Part shown: positions 28,340 through 38,227 of the stretch, one piece after another
How the letters are laid out: the number at the start of each line of letters is the position of its first letter
How positions within the stretch are numbered: the first letter of the stretch is position 1
Assembly (NCBI RefSeq): GCF_006345805.1
Contig: NW_021834276.1
Location: 1-50,769, forward strand
Reading direction: 5' to 3'
DNA length: 50,769 nucleotides
Source of the DNA: Octopus sinensis
Taxonomy: Eukaryota
The notes under the pieces: model-generated
What the model saw: only the letters and a program-made list of their open reading frames with translations
The model's database searches: none
Told to the model about the DNA's origin: nothing
Position numbers and translations under genes: made by a program

Positions 28340-28540
28340 CATTTTGACATTTAAACCAGCCATATCCAGCCCTAATATTGTACCTGATTTAAGTTCAAAC
28401 TAACCAGATTTGGCCTCTCACACCTACCCTACAATGTCATTCTAAAAGTCAACAGTCACATGGTCTGAAATCTTGAAGCAACAAGATTAATTCATAACAA
28501 TGTGAATAAATAAATTTTACATTTGACAGAGTTAGTAATT
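28340..28540 (-). mobile_element. piggyBac-type MITE, degenerate copy
   Basis: TTAA followed by ...CATTTAAACCAGCCATATCCAGCCC...CCAGATTTGGCCTCTCACACCTACCCTACAATGTCATTCTAAAA, the reverse complement of the 23885/25015 family. Confidence 0.65.
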
Positions 28541-28959
28541 TTCCTTATAGGAAAATTACTATCTTGAACCCGGACATACATATGTGCCACTCTGGATCCT
28601 AATGTAAGCGTTATTAATAATATTATGAATGATAATAATGGTAGCATTAATGGTATTGACAACGTTAATGATGCTAACTTTAATGACACTTTAGAAATTA
28701 GTATGAAGTAATATAATGTACTATTGACTATGTATATTTGCATCTATGTACTAATATGTGTATGTTTATTATCACAATATTAAGTCGAAAAACTGAGACA
28801 TTGGATGTGGAACACATATGTTTACTAACTTATTTTTATTTATATCATTATGTATATGTATATTTTTATATGTATAGGAGTGTGAGTATATGCACTCATA
28901 TGTATATGTACATGTTGTATTATGGGTATGTACCCACACCCATGTGGGTATATATGTAG

Positions 28960-29350
28960 ACTGATTTATATTACATAATCTCTGAAGAGGCCTTATGATA
29001 TTTTTGTAAATGTCTCATTTATATCTATATATTGACCTACCATAAAAGGCTAATATTGGTAAAATGAGACATACTTATCTACATGGCTGAAACAGCTGTA
29101 AGATGTAATCTATACTTATATTCATATTTACTTATATTTATATTCTCTTTTATATATATTCTACTTATTATACAACATTACTCTTTTATGTACACTTTTT
29201 TATGTACATTCCTTTATGTACACTGATTTGTTCTGCTTTTTATATTTAACCCTACAGTCTCTTATGTGGTGGTTTAATAAAGTATGTGATTGAGTATTAT
29301 CTGGTAATTGATATTTGATTTAGATGTATTTCTCCATTTTCTTATCTTGT
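28960..29350 (+). mobile_element. Probable Penelope-like element terminal repeat remnant
   Basis: A hammerhead motif followed by a T-rich stretch and AATAAAG; no ORF. The assignment rests on the known PLE-hammerhead association. Confidence 0.5.
28970..29109 (+). ncRNA. Type I hammerhead ribozyme motif with intact core (Penelope-like pseudo-LTR)
   Basis: CTGAAGA (28982-28988); stem II GGCC/GGCT; GAAA (29089-29092); stem III AC/GT closing a palindromic AGCT loop; GUA cleavage triplet (29098-29100); stem I ATCT/AGAT plus 5 bp beyond a 3-nt bulge. Confidence 0.75.
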
Positions 29351-29566
29351 ATTAGTAATTTGTGGTAAATCATTTTACCTTTGCCCATATAATACAGTAA
29401 ATGAATTGATTGCATCGCAATCATTAACATTTATGTATTAACTTTGTTGGGTACTTCACTAGCAGCATATTGGATATATGTTATCCCATGGAGGGTTGCA
29501 TTTACAACCCCTATCTCAATTTGTATATACATACATATATATACATAGATTATATATATATATATA

Positions 29567-29798
29567 TATTTCTTTACTACCCACAAGGGGCTAAACATAG
29601 AGAGGACAAACAAAGACAGACAAACGGATTAAGTCAATTACATAGACCCCAGTGCGAAACTGATACTTTATTTATCGACCCAGAAAGGATGAAAGGCAAA
29701 GTCGACCTCGGCGGAATTTGAACTCAGAACGTAACGGCAGACAAAATACAGCTACGTATTTCGCCCGGTGTGCTAATGTTTCTGCCAGGTCACCGCCT
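29567..29798 (-). mobile_element. SINE family A, full-length copy
   Basis: Reverse complement of 4940-5166, set in (TA)n. Confidence 0.85.
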
Positions 29799-29842
29799 TA
29801 TATATACATTATATATATAGACATACATAAATATATATATAC

Positions 29843-29899
<57 letters not shown>

Positions 29900-30094
29900 A
29901 TATTATATATATATACATATATACATACATAAATACATACATACATAAATACATACATACATATATACATACATATACATATATACATGCATACATACAT
30001 ACATTATGGCTGACCCCTTGTTATCGAGAATGGCCATTGCACGAAGCTTAACTGTTACTGGTGCTGTGATCGAATGTGACTTTTTAGCCCAGCT

Positions 30095-30157
30095 ACATAC
30101 ATACATACATACATACATACATACATACATACATACATACATACATACATACATACA

Positions 30158-30186
<29 letters not shown>
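30095..30186. repeat. (ATAC)n microsatellite
   Basis: Pure run abutting the left end of the Tc1 element. Confidence 0.95.
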
Positions 30187-30193
<7 letters not shown>

Positions 30194-30197
30194 TATA

Positions 30198-31455
30198 CAG
30201 GGGTTGGACAAAATAATAGAAACACCTAGCATCTTAACATCATAATTTTGAAATATCTATAAAACCATCAAAATCTTGTTTATGTTTTTGATTTATTATT
30301 AATATGTTTTGCTAAAATTGCTGTTTCTTTTCAGATATCATCTGAAAAAGGTAATTAAATTTCATTAAAATGATAGATCTATCAAACTTTAAAAGAGGTC
30401 AATTTGTTGGTGCTCGTACTGCAGGCGCTAGCGTAATGAAAACAGCCGAAATGTTTGATGTATCAAAAATTACTGTCTTGAAAGTAATGACAGACTTTGA
30501 GAAAGAGGGAAAAACCTCTTTGTCAAAACAAAACTCCAGAAGAAAACCAAAACTATCAGATAGGGACCGTCGGACTCTTATGTGAACTGTTAGAAAGGAT
30601 TACAAAAGTACAGCTTCCAAAATCACTGCAGGGCTTAATGAATACTTCGAGAATCCAGTTTCCACAAAAACTGCTCAACAGGAGCTGCACAAAGCTGGAT
30701 TTCATGGGAGAGCTGCAATCAGAAAACCACTACTTTTAAAAACAAACGTCGCAAAGTATTTAGAGTGGAGTAAAAACCTACACAATTGGTCCCTAGAGCA
30801 GAGGAAGAATGTTATTTTCTTGGACGAGTCATCCTTTACCTTATTCCTGATCATCAGCCAAGTATATGTGTGGAGACAGCCAAAACAAGCATTTGATCCA
30901 GACTGCCTTCTTCTAACTGTTAAACATGGAGGAGAATCCGTGATGATCTGGGGGGGCTGTATTTTAGAAATCTGCCAGCCCAATGGTCTCCCTTCATGGC
31001 AGAATTAATAGTTAAGACTATTTAAGTATTTTATTTAATCAATTTCGTCCTATGGTTGTGGAAATATTTCCGGAAGGAAACACTATCTTTCAGGATGATA
31101 ATGCACCAATTCACATAGCTAAAATTGTTATTGAATAGTACAAGGAACATTTTAGTGAAGTTGAACATCTTATCTGGCCACCACAGTCCTCATATCTTAA
31201 TATTATTGAACATTTATGGTGTATTTTAGAAAAATAAGTAAGGAGTTGATATCCTCCACCATCATCACCACAAGAACTGGAGACTGTTTTAGCTGAAGAA
31301 TGGACAAAAAAATCCTTTGGAAACAATTCAAACTTTGTACAAGTCGATACCTCATAGAATTCAAGCTGTAATAACTGCCAAAGGTGGTTCTACCCCATAT
31401 TAAAATTAATTTATTTGAAATTTTTAGGTGTTTCCATTATTTTGTCAAACCCCTG
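30198..31455 (+). mobile_element. Full-length Tc1-like DNA transposon (DD36E spacing)
   Basis: 31-bp TIRs CAGGGGTTGGACAAAATAATAGAAACACCTA (30198-30228) and TAGGTGTTTCCATTATTTTGTCAAACCCCTG (31425-31455) with 2 mismatches; TA on both sides; 1258 bp. Confidence 0.95.
30370..31400 (+). pseudogene. Tc1-family transposase pseudogene
   Basis: MIDLSNFKRGQFVGARTAGASV (HTH)...VIFLDESSF...VKHGGESVMIWG...FQDDNAPIH...WPPQSSYLNIIEHLW, with several stops and frameshifts. Confidence 0.93.
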
Positions 31456-31471
31456 TATATATATATATATA

Positions 31472-31930
31472 TCTCTTATTATAAAAGGCAGATTTTATCT
31501 GCCTCCCTTTGGGAGTTATACAAATCTACAATATAGGATTTCTTCAATTACAATTTACCTTGCATTTTTAAGAGTACAATGCATCGCGTCATGCCAGGTC
31601 CAGTTTTTAAAATTTAAACTCCAGTTAAGCAAAATTTACAGAAAACTCACATTCTGGTGTGTGTGTCAAATGCTTTTCTTAGTCTGGTTTACAGCACACG
31701 CAAACGCACACACACAGTGGGCAACGAATAAAATGAAAGTAATTGACTTACTGTAGAGTGAGTGATTCTTTCACTCTGCCTCCCACTTCCTCTTTCCACA
31801 CAGAGACGCAAATATATAAATAAAATTGTAAGCTAACGTGCGTGTGTGTGAGTGGGTGTGTGTGGGTGTGCGCGTGTGTGTGTGTGTGAGGGTGCGTGTG
31901 TGTGTGTGTGTGTGTGCATGAGTGTGTGAC
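31472..31930 (+). mobile_element. Possible 3'-truncated non-autonomous Helitron
   Basis: Starts A|TCTCTTATTATAAAAG, similar to the start of 33243-33638, but no hairpin or CTAG end was found. Confidence 0.35.
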
Positions 31931-31980
31931 AGGAAAGTTTTTTTACGACGAATATAACACCTATATCCAAGTAGCAGAAA

Positions 31981-32455
31981 GATAAGACAGTAAGGTGTGA
32001 TTTGAGGGAGATTTGGCTGCTATTTCTACCATGTCTAGCTGCCATGTAGGGGTCTCCCTCATAGGCTCATACATACATATATACATAGATAAGACAGTAA
32101 GGTGTGATTTGGGGAATTTGGCTGCTATTTCTACCAGGTCTAGCTGCCATGTAGGGGTCTCCCTCATAGGCTCATACATACATATATACATAGATAAGAC
32201 AGTAAGTGTGATTTGGGGGAAATTTGGCTGCTATTTCTACCAGGTCTAGCTGCCATGTAGGTCTCCCTCATAGGCTCATACATACATATATACATAGATA
32301 AGACAGTAAGGTGTGATTTGGGGGAATTTGGCTGCTATTTCTACCAGGTCTAGCTCCATGTATGTCCCCCTCATTGGCTCAATATATATACATACATAAG
32401 ACAGTAAGGTGTGATTTGAGGGAGATTGGCTGCTGCTGTTTCTACCAGGTCTGTT
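31981..32455. repeat. Minisatellite, 4 full units of about 98-107 bp plus 1 partial unit
   Basis: Units begin at 31981, 32088, 32193, 32297 and about 32395 with (G/C)ATAAGACAGTAAG(G)TGTGATTTG. Confidence 0.92.
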
Positions 32456-32519
32456 AGGCCTTCTCATGTAAACTCAAGCTTTCTCATGCCTTGAACATAA
32501 GACCAAAGCAGAGAATGTA

Positions 32520-32760
32520 TTCTTTTATTCTTCTGCTTTTTCCAGCCATTGGTCTGTGGCCATGCTGGGGCAATGCCTTGAAGAATTGTAGTTTAATGAA
32601 TCAACTCCAGTTTTATTTTTGTAAGCATTGTACTTATTCTATCTGTTTCCTTTGTCAAACCACTAGGTGACAGGGATGTAAACAAACCAACATTCGTTGT
32701 CAAGCAGTAGTGGAGGACAATCACAAGCACAGACACGCACACACACACACATACATGCAT
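32520..32760 (-). mobile_element. SINE family B, 3' half, degenerate
   Basis: GTGGCCATGCTGGGGCAATGCC...GTACTTATTCT...GTAAACAAACCAACA...GTTGTCAAGCAGTAGTGG. Confidence 0.7.
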
Positions 32761-32825
32761 ACACATATACACATATACACACATACATACATACATACAC
32801 ATATATATATGTGTGGTATATATTA

Positions 32826-33084
32826 TTGCAGCGTGGAAGGTGTTTGTAAGCCATTTAAGAAACACACAAAAACTTAGATTCACTTCATTCAACATTTAAA
32901 TTTAATTTGCCAAAATATTTTCCTCGCTTTGAGGCCGCGACCTGTTCACTGACAAAATATCGTGCTAACAGGTCGCGGTCTCAAAGCGACGAAATATTTT
33001 GACAAATTAAATTTAAATGTTGAAGTGAATCTAACGGTTTTTGTGTGTTTCTTAAATGGCTTATAAACACCTTCAACGCTGCAA
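32826..33084. repeat. 259-bp fold-back (arms about 120 bp, 20-bp spacer) containing a variant hammerhead-like motif
   Basis: Arms 32826-32946 and 32967-33084 are reverse complements with a few substitutions and indels; spacer CACTGACAAAATATCGTGCT. Confidence 0.92.
32906..32957 (-). ncRNA. Hammerhead-like motif with G3-C8 core variant (GUGAACA)
   Basis: Minus strand: TTTTGTCA-GTGAACA-G-GTCGC-ggcctcaaa-GCGAG-GAAA-ATATTT-TGGCAAA. The opposite arm keeps the perfect stem II GTCGC/GCGAC, GAAA and the stem I strand TGACAAA. Confidence 0.5.
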
Positions 33085-33242
33085 CTGTTTTCGTTCCAGC
33101 ACACGATCTCAGATCAAGTCACTTGCTATGCAAGTACATCTCTGTAACTATATATATATTTATATATATATATGTATATTGGTAAAAACAGTAAGATAAC
33201 AAAAGAAAGAAAGAGACCTCAATATTATGTAAATAGAGGAAA

Positions 33243-33638
33243 TCTTTATATATAAAAGTGAGGTTGTGTGTCTGTCTCCTACGATTTAGATTCCTAACTA
33301 CTCCCACATTTTGCGGTGCAGTTTAACCAAAACTGGGTATCTTATAGTCGGGATTCATATCGAGCCCGTCTGGGTATTAGCGCGCGTCTACGATGAGTCT
33401 ACGATTTAAAAAAAAAATTTACCATCAATTTTTCCCATTTTTAATCCATTTTTGACATATATAAGGGAAGTAACTCTCTAAAATTTATTATTAAATCTCA
33501 GAACGTAAAAAGCTACAGTAACACCCCTCCCCCTTTGTGGTTAGCCATATTGAGATGGCTATTATACTTTACATCTCTAAAAATGCTTATATAATTATTT
33601 CCCTTACAAACCCGAGCAACGCCGGGCGATACTGCTAG
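33243..33638 (+). mobile_element. Non-autonomous Helitron
   Basis: Inserted between A (33242) and T (33639); 5' TC; subterminal hairpin CCCGAGCAACGCCGGG (33611-33626); 3' CTAG (33635-33638); no TSD. Confidence 0.85.
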
Positions 33639-34280
33639 TATATATATATATATATATATATTGTGTGTGTGTGTGTGTGTTACCTGAAATGTACAATATC
33701 ATATATCCGTCACAGCTGATCTTACCGATCAGTAATACTATACATTTCAGATAATATACCCACTCTAGTGAGAGATATACAAGTGCATCTTTACCCTGAC
33801 TTATGAACTCTTAGACAACTCATATATATACATATATATATATATTTATATGTATAAATGTTATATACATGTATACATATAAGATATATATTCATACGTA
33901 TATACATATGTACACATGTATATATATAATATACACACACATATATATATATATGTATGTGTGCATGAGTGCATGTATATATGTATAAATTTAAAATAAT
34001 AAGGGTGGATTTTCTTGAGAACATTCCTTTCTTAGTGGTAAGACCATAGGGTGTCTACTTCTAGCATAATGGATATCTACTTAGTGTCATCCCTTTTATA
34101 TGTATATATATATATACAATTTAAAAATAGGATAAAATCTTTATAAGAATTTATCAAGCAGTTAGCGTGAAAAACCTCATAAGGGAAAAATCCATCATAT
34201 TTTCTCTTAAATATGTCTATTTATTAATGCCCTCAATATAAATAATATATATACATACACATGTATATATACATACACAA

Positions 34281-34327
<47 letters not shown>

Positions 34328-34440
34328 CACATACATACATACACATATATACATATATATATATACATACATACACATATATACATATATATATATACAT
34401 ACATACACATATATACATATATATATATACATACATACAC

Positions 34441-34487
<47 letters not shown>

Positions 34488-34897
34488 CATACATACATAT
34501 ATACACACACACATGAATCTGGAGTGAGTAGCATTTAGTGTACTCTTGAGATGTTTACTTGTTAAATATTATTAAGAGAAAAAGAAGATAGAACAAAGTG
34601 GAGATGCATATAGAGAATTCTAAGTTTAGCAATAGCTGCAAATTTACCTGAGAATCATGAACACATGAAAAATAGCTGGCAGTCTTCATCAATACACCAT
34701 CTTGAGATTTTAGGGAAATATTTGATCAAATTTCGTAGGTGTTGACTGGCTGCCAGTTTCAGCATCGCATGTGTCATAAATAAACAAAATGTAAAACAAT
34801 GAAAGGAAGTGAGGGTAATTTATTGAAATAATTGTTCCCATGGGATACAAATAGATGAACTTGGTAATAGAATCATAGCATCCATGTACATTTTCAT

Positions 34898-35460
34898 CAT
34901 CATCATCATTTAACATCCGCTTTCCATGCTGGCATGGGTGGGATTGTTTGACAGGAGCTGGCTGAGCAGAAGCCTGCACCAGACTTCTGTAAATATTTTG
35001 GCAGGATTTTTATAGCTGGATGCCCTTTTCTAGCACCAACCACTCAGCAGAGTGGATTTAGTGCTTTTTACATGACACAAGCATAGGCGAGGTCAGTTTT
35101 GACAAGATTTTTACAGCTGGATGCCCTTCCAAATGTCAACCACTTTACAGTGTGGACTGGATGCTTTTTATGTGGCATCCATACTACCAGGGTCACCAAG
35201 TTACTTGCAAGACCAAGAATCTTTTGCAACGAGAGGGGACATTGGAGGAGGGGATCTCATGTCAGATGATGAAAGGCTATAGTGAGACAGAGAGACAAAA
35301 ATGGGTGTCTTGCTATAGAAGAGGTACGAGGTTACCTGGAGAGAGAGAGAGAGAGAATGAATGAATGAAGATGGAAACAGACGTGCTACCACAAAGGAAA
35401 TACATGGTTACCCAGCCAGAGAGAAGTGCAGGAGAAGGTGAGTGAGAGACAGCAGGATAG
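34898..35460 (-). mobile_element. RTE-type retroelement 3' region
   Basis: (CAT)n-TTAACATCCGCTTTCCATGCTGGCATGGG...GCTGGATGCCCTT (twice)...; the 5' boundary is uncertain. Confidence 0.7.
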
Positions 35461-35598
35461 AGATGTTTTTACTTTATTGATATCAGTATATTGTTTAGGT
35501 GTGTGTATATGGGTATGATAGATGCCTGCTATTTGACTTATAGTTACGAGTACATTCAAGCCAAGCAAGAGAGCCTCTACATGGTTACTCTACATGGT

Positions 35599-35815
35599 CA
35601 GCACGCCGGACGAAATGCCTAGCGGTATTTTGTCTGCCGTTACGTTCTAAGTTCAAATTCCGCCGAGGTCGACTTTGCCTTTCATCCTTTCATCCTTTCG
35701 GGGTCGATAAATCAAGTACCAGTTATGCACTGGGGTCGATATAATCGACTTAATCCGTTTGTCTGTCCTTGTTTGTCCCCTCTGTGTTTAGCCCCTTGTG
35801 GGTAGTAAAGAAATA
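35599..35815 (+). mobile_element. SINE family A, 5'-truncated, inserted into an older repeat
   Basis: CAGCACGCCGGACGAAATGC...AAAGAAATA; GGTTACTC duplicated at 35583-35590 and 35816-35823. Confidence 0.85.
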
Positions 35816-36175
35816 GGTTACTCAATTTGCTAGATGTAGCAGCCAAATCTTTCTTAAATCACACTCTGTTACCTTAAAGAAAAGGGAAGGACATGCTGGA
35901 TATTATAATCTGAATTATATTATGTGTGAAAAGAAGGGAAGTTCATGTTTAAAGCTTTCACTCACAAGTCAGCTTAATCTGAGTTAATATAAAAGTCAAC
36001 CAAAAACAACATCAACAACAATAGCAACAATAATCATAAGCACTACAGAGTGGAAGTAAGTTACTGGGGAGTCAAATTCAAAGACCAGTTTTAAATTCTG
36101 GTTGAAATCATTTCACTTCAACAGCATCCAGAATGATGTTTGGAAAGTATAGATCTCCCTAGTTCTATTCCTTTC

Positions 36176-36467
36176 ATGTCCATTGCCAGCCTCGCCTGGC
36201 GCCCGTGCCGGTGGCACATAAAAAGCACCATCCGTTCTTGGCCGTTTGCCAGCTCTGTCTGGCACCTGTGCGGGTGGCACATAAAAAGCACCCACTACAC
36301 TCACGGAGTGGTTGGCGTTAGGAAGGGCATCCAGCCGTAGAAACACTGCCAGATCTGACTAGGCCTGATGAAGCCTTCCGGCTTCACAGGCCCCAGTTGA
36401 ACCGTCCAACCCATGCTAGCATGGAAAACGGACGCTAAACGATGATGATGATGATGATGATGATGAT
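36176..36467 (+). mobile_element. RTE-type retroelement 3' end with (GAT)n tail
   Basis: GGCACATAAAAAGCACC...GTTGGCGTTAGGAAGGGCATCCAGC...CAACCCATGCTAGCATGGAAAACGGACGCTAAAC(GAT)n. Confidence 0.8.
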
Positions 36468-36821
36468 CTAAAAATGAAAGGAGTCGCACCAACCTGGAGA
36501 ATGTAAAAGGAAGCATTCATCGCAATGCTGAAAATTTAGATTAGAAATATCTTTATATCTTGGCAGTATTGAAAACTAATGTACCAACACCACTACAGGT
36601 GATGTTGGTACGTCACATGTGACTTCATAACTGACATAGTTATTGGCAAATTCTCATCTTCAGTTAAAATTGTGACAGAGAAGTTCTGTCAAAACACGTG
36701 TACAATAATCTGGGATCCCATGGAAACTGTTGTAAACTCCAATTTAAGAAATTCAAGAAAGGCTTAAAATATATCTAGGGTACTATAAATTATATATAAC
36801 TATCTATTTCTTATATATATA

Positions 36822-37053
36822 TATTTCTTTACTACCCACAAGGGGCTAAACACAGAGGGGACAAACAAGGACAGACAAAGGGATTAAGTCGATTACATCG
36901 ACCCCAGTGCGTATCTGGTACTTAATTTATCGACCCCGAAAGGATGAAAGGTAAAGTCGACCTCGGCGGAATTTGAACTCGAAACGTAACGACAGACGAA
37001 ATATGGCTATGAATTTCGCCCAGAGTGCTAACATTTCTACCAGCTCGCTGCCT
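36822..37053 (-). mobile_element. SINE family A, full-length copy
   Basis: Reverse complement of 4940-5166. Confidence 0.85.
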
Positions 37054-37831
37054 TATATATATATATGTGTGTGTAGTTGACTACACATAGAAGGTACTTC
37101 TTTTCCACTCACCAATGTAAATGGAGCTTTGGCCAGGAGGAGTTGATGTAATCAGATGGTATTAGATGACCACTGGGTGTTATCAAAAATATATAGTATA
37201 CCATAAATTATGTAACCATCTATAATCTCTCTCTCTCACACACACACACACATACGTACAAACACATACGTATATTACTTTTGTACCACATACATATAAA
37301 TCCATACACACAAACACAGAGAGAGTCAGTTCTCAGTATGTGTCATTGAGAAGTTCTTGAGAAGTGTGACTGTAAATGAAATGCTGTAAAAGAAAACCAA
37401 TGAAAAAAAAGCTGGCTAGTTTTGAATCAGGTAAACTCCATAGCTTACTACCTGGCTACCTAGTTTTAATCCATACATACGATCCTCTCTATTTTTATTC
37501 ACTTAAATATTACAACATAACTATCAGTCAATATCCTACCTGAATGATGATCAGAAGGGCAAATTATAACTTGAAGAAGAAATACTTAGTACTTTGCTTC
37601 TATCGGTAGACAATTTTTACTTACTAAAGATTACTAAATAAACTCTTAAACAACCACATAATTCCTAGCTGTTTTCCTTCTCCAGGATATTCTGCAAGTC
37701 TGCTGATTCATGATTACAATTCTCATGAGTGTAATAGTTTATTTAGTAATACTTTTTTTAAAAATAGAATTATAATATTAGATAGAAAGATAATATTTTG
37801 TTCTCTCAAGAAAAATCAAATTGATTTTACA

Positions 37832-38227
37832 CTTTTACTTGTTTCAGTCGTTTGACTGTCGCCATGCTGGGGCACCGCCTTTAGTCAAGCAAATTGACCC
37901 CAGGACTTATTCTTTGTAAGCCTAGTACTTATTCTATTGGTCTCTTTTGCCAATCCGCTAAGTTACGGGGACATAAACACATCAGCATCAGTTGTCAAGC
38001 AATGTTGGAGGACAGACACAGACACACAAACATATACACACACATACATATATATATATATACATATATACAACAGGCTTCTTTCAGTTTCCATCTACAA
38101 AATCCACTCACAAGGCTTTGGTTGGCCCAAAGCTATAGTAGAAGACATTTGCCCAAGGTGCCACACAGTGGGACTGAACCCGGAACCATGTGGTTCGTAA
38201 GCAAGCTACTTACCACACAGCCACTGC
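37832..38227 (-). mobile_element. SINE family B (CORE-like central domain), full-length copy
   Basis: Minus strand: tRNA-like head with GGTTCAGTCCC, CCTTGGGCAAATGTCTTC (CORE-like), an internal (TA)/(TG) microsatellite, and a 3' end GACTGAAACAAGTAAAAG. Confidence 0.82.

Noticed and set aside
31981-32455. Regularly spaced repeats that might suggest a CRISPR array
   Set aside because: The whole roughly 105-bp unit repeats with no unique spacers, there are no cas genes, and the context is eukaryotic.
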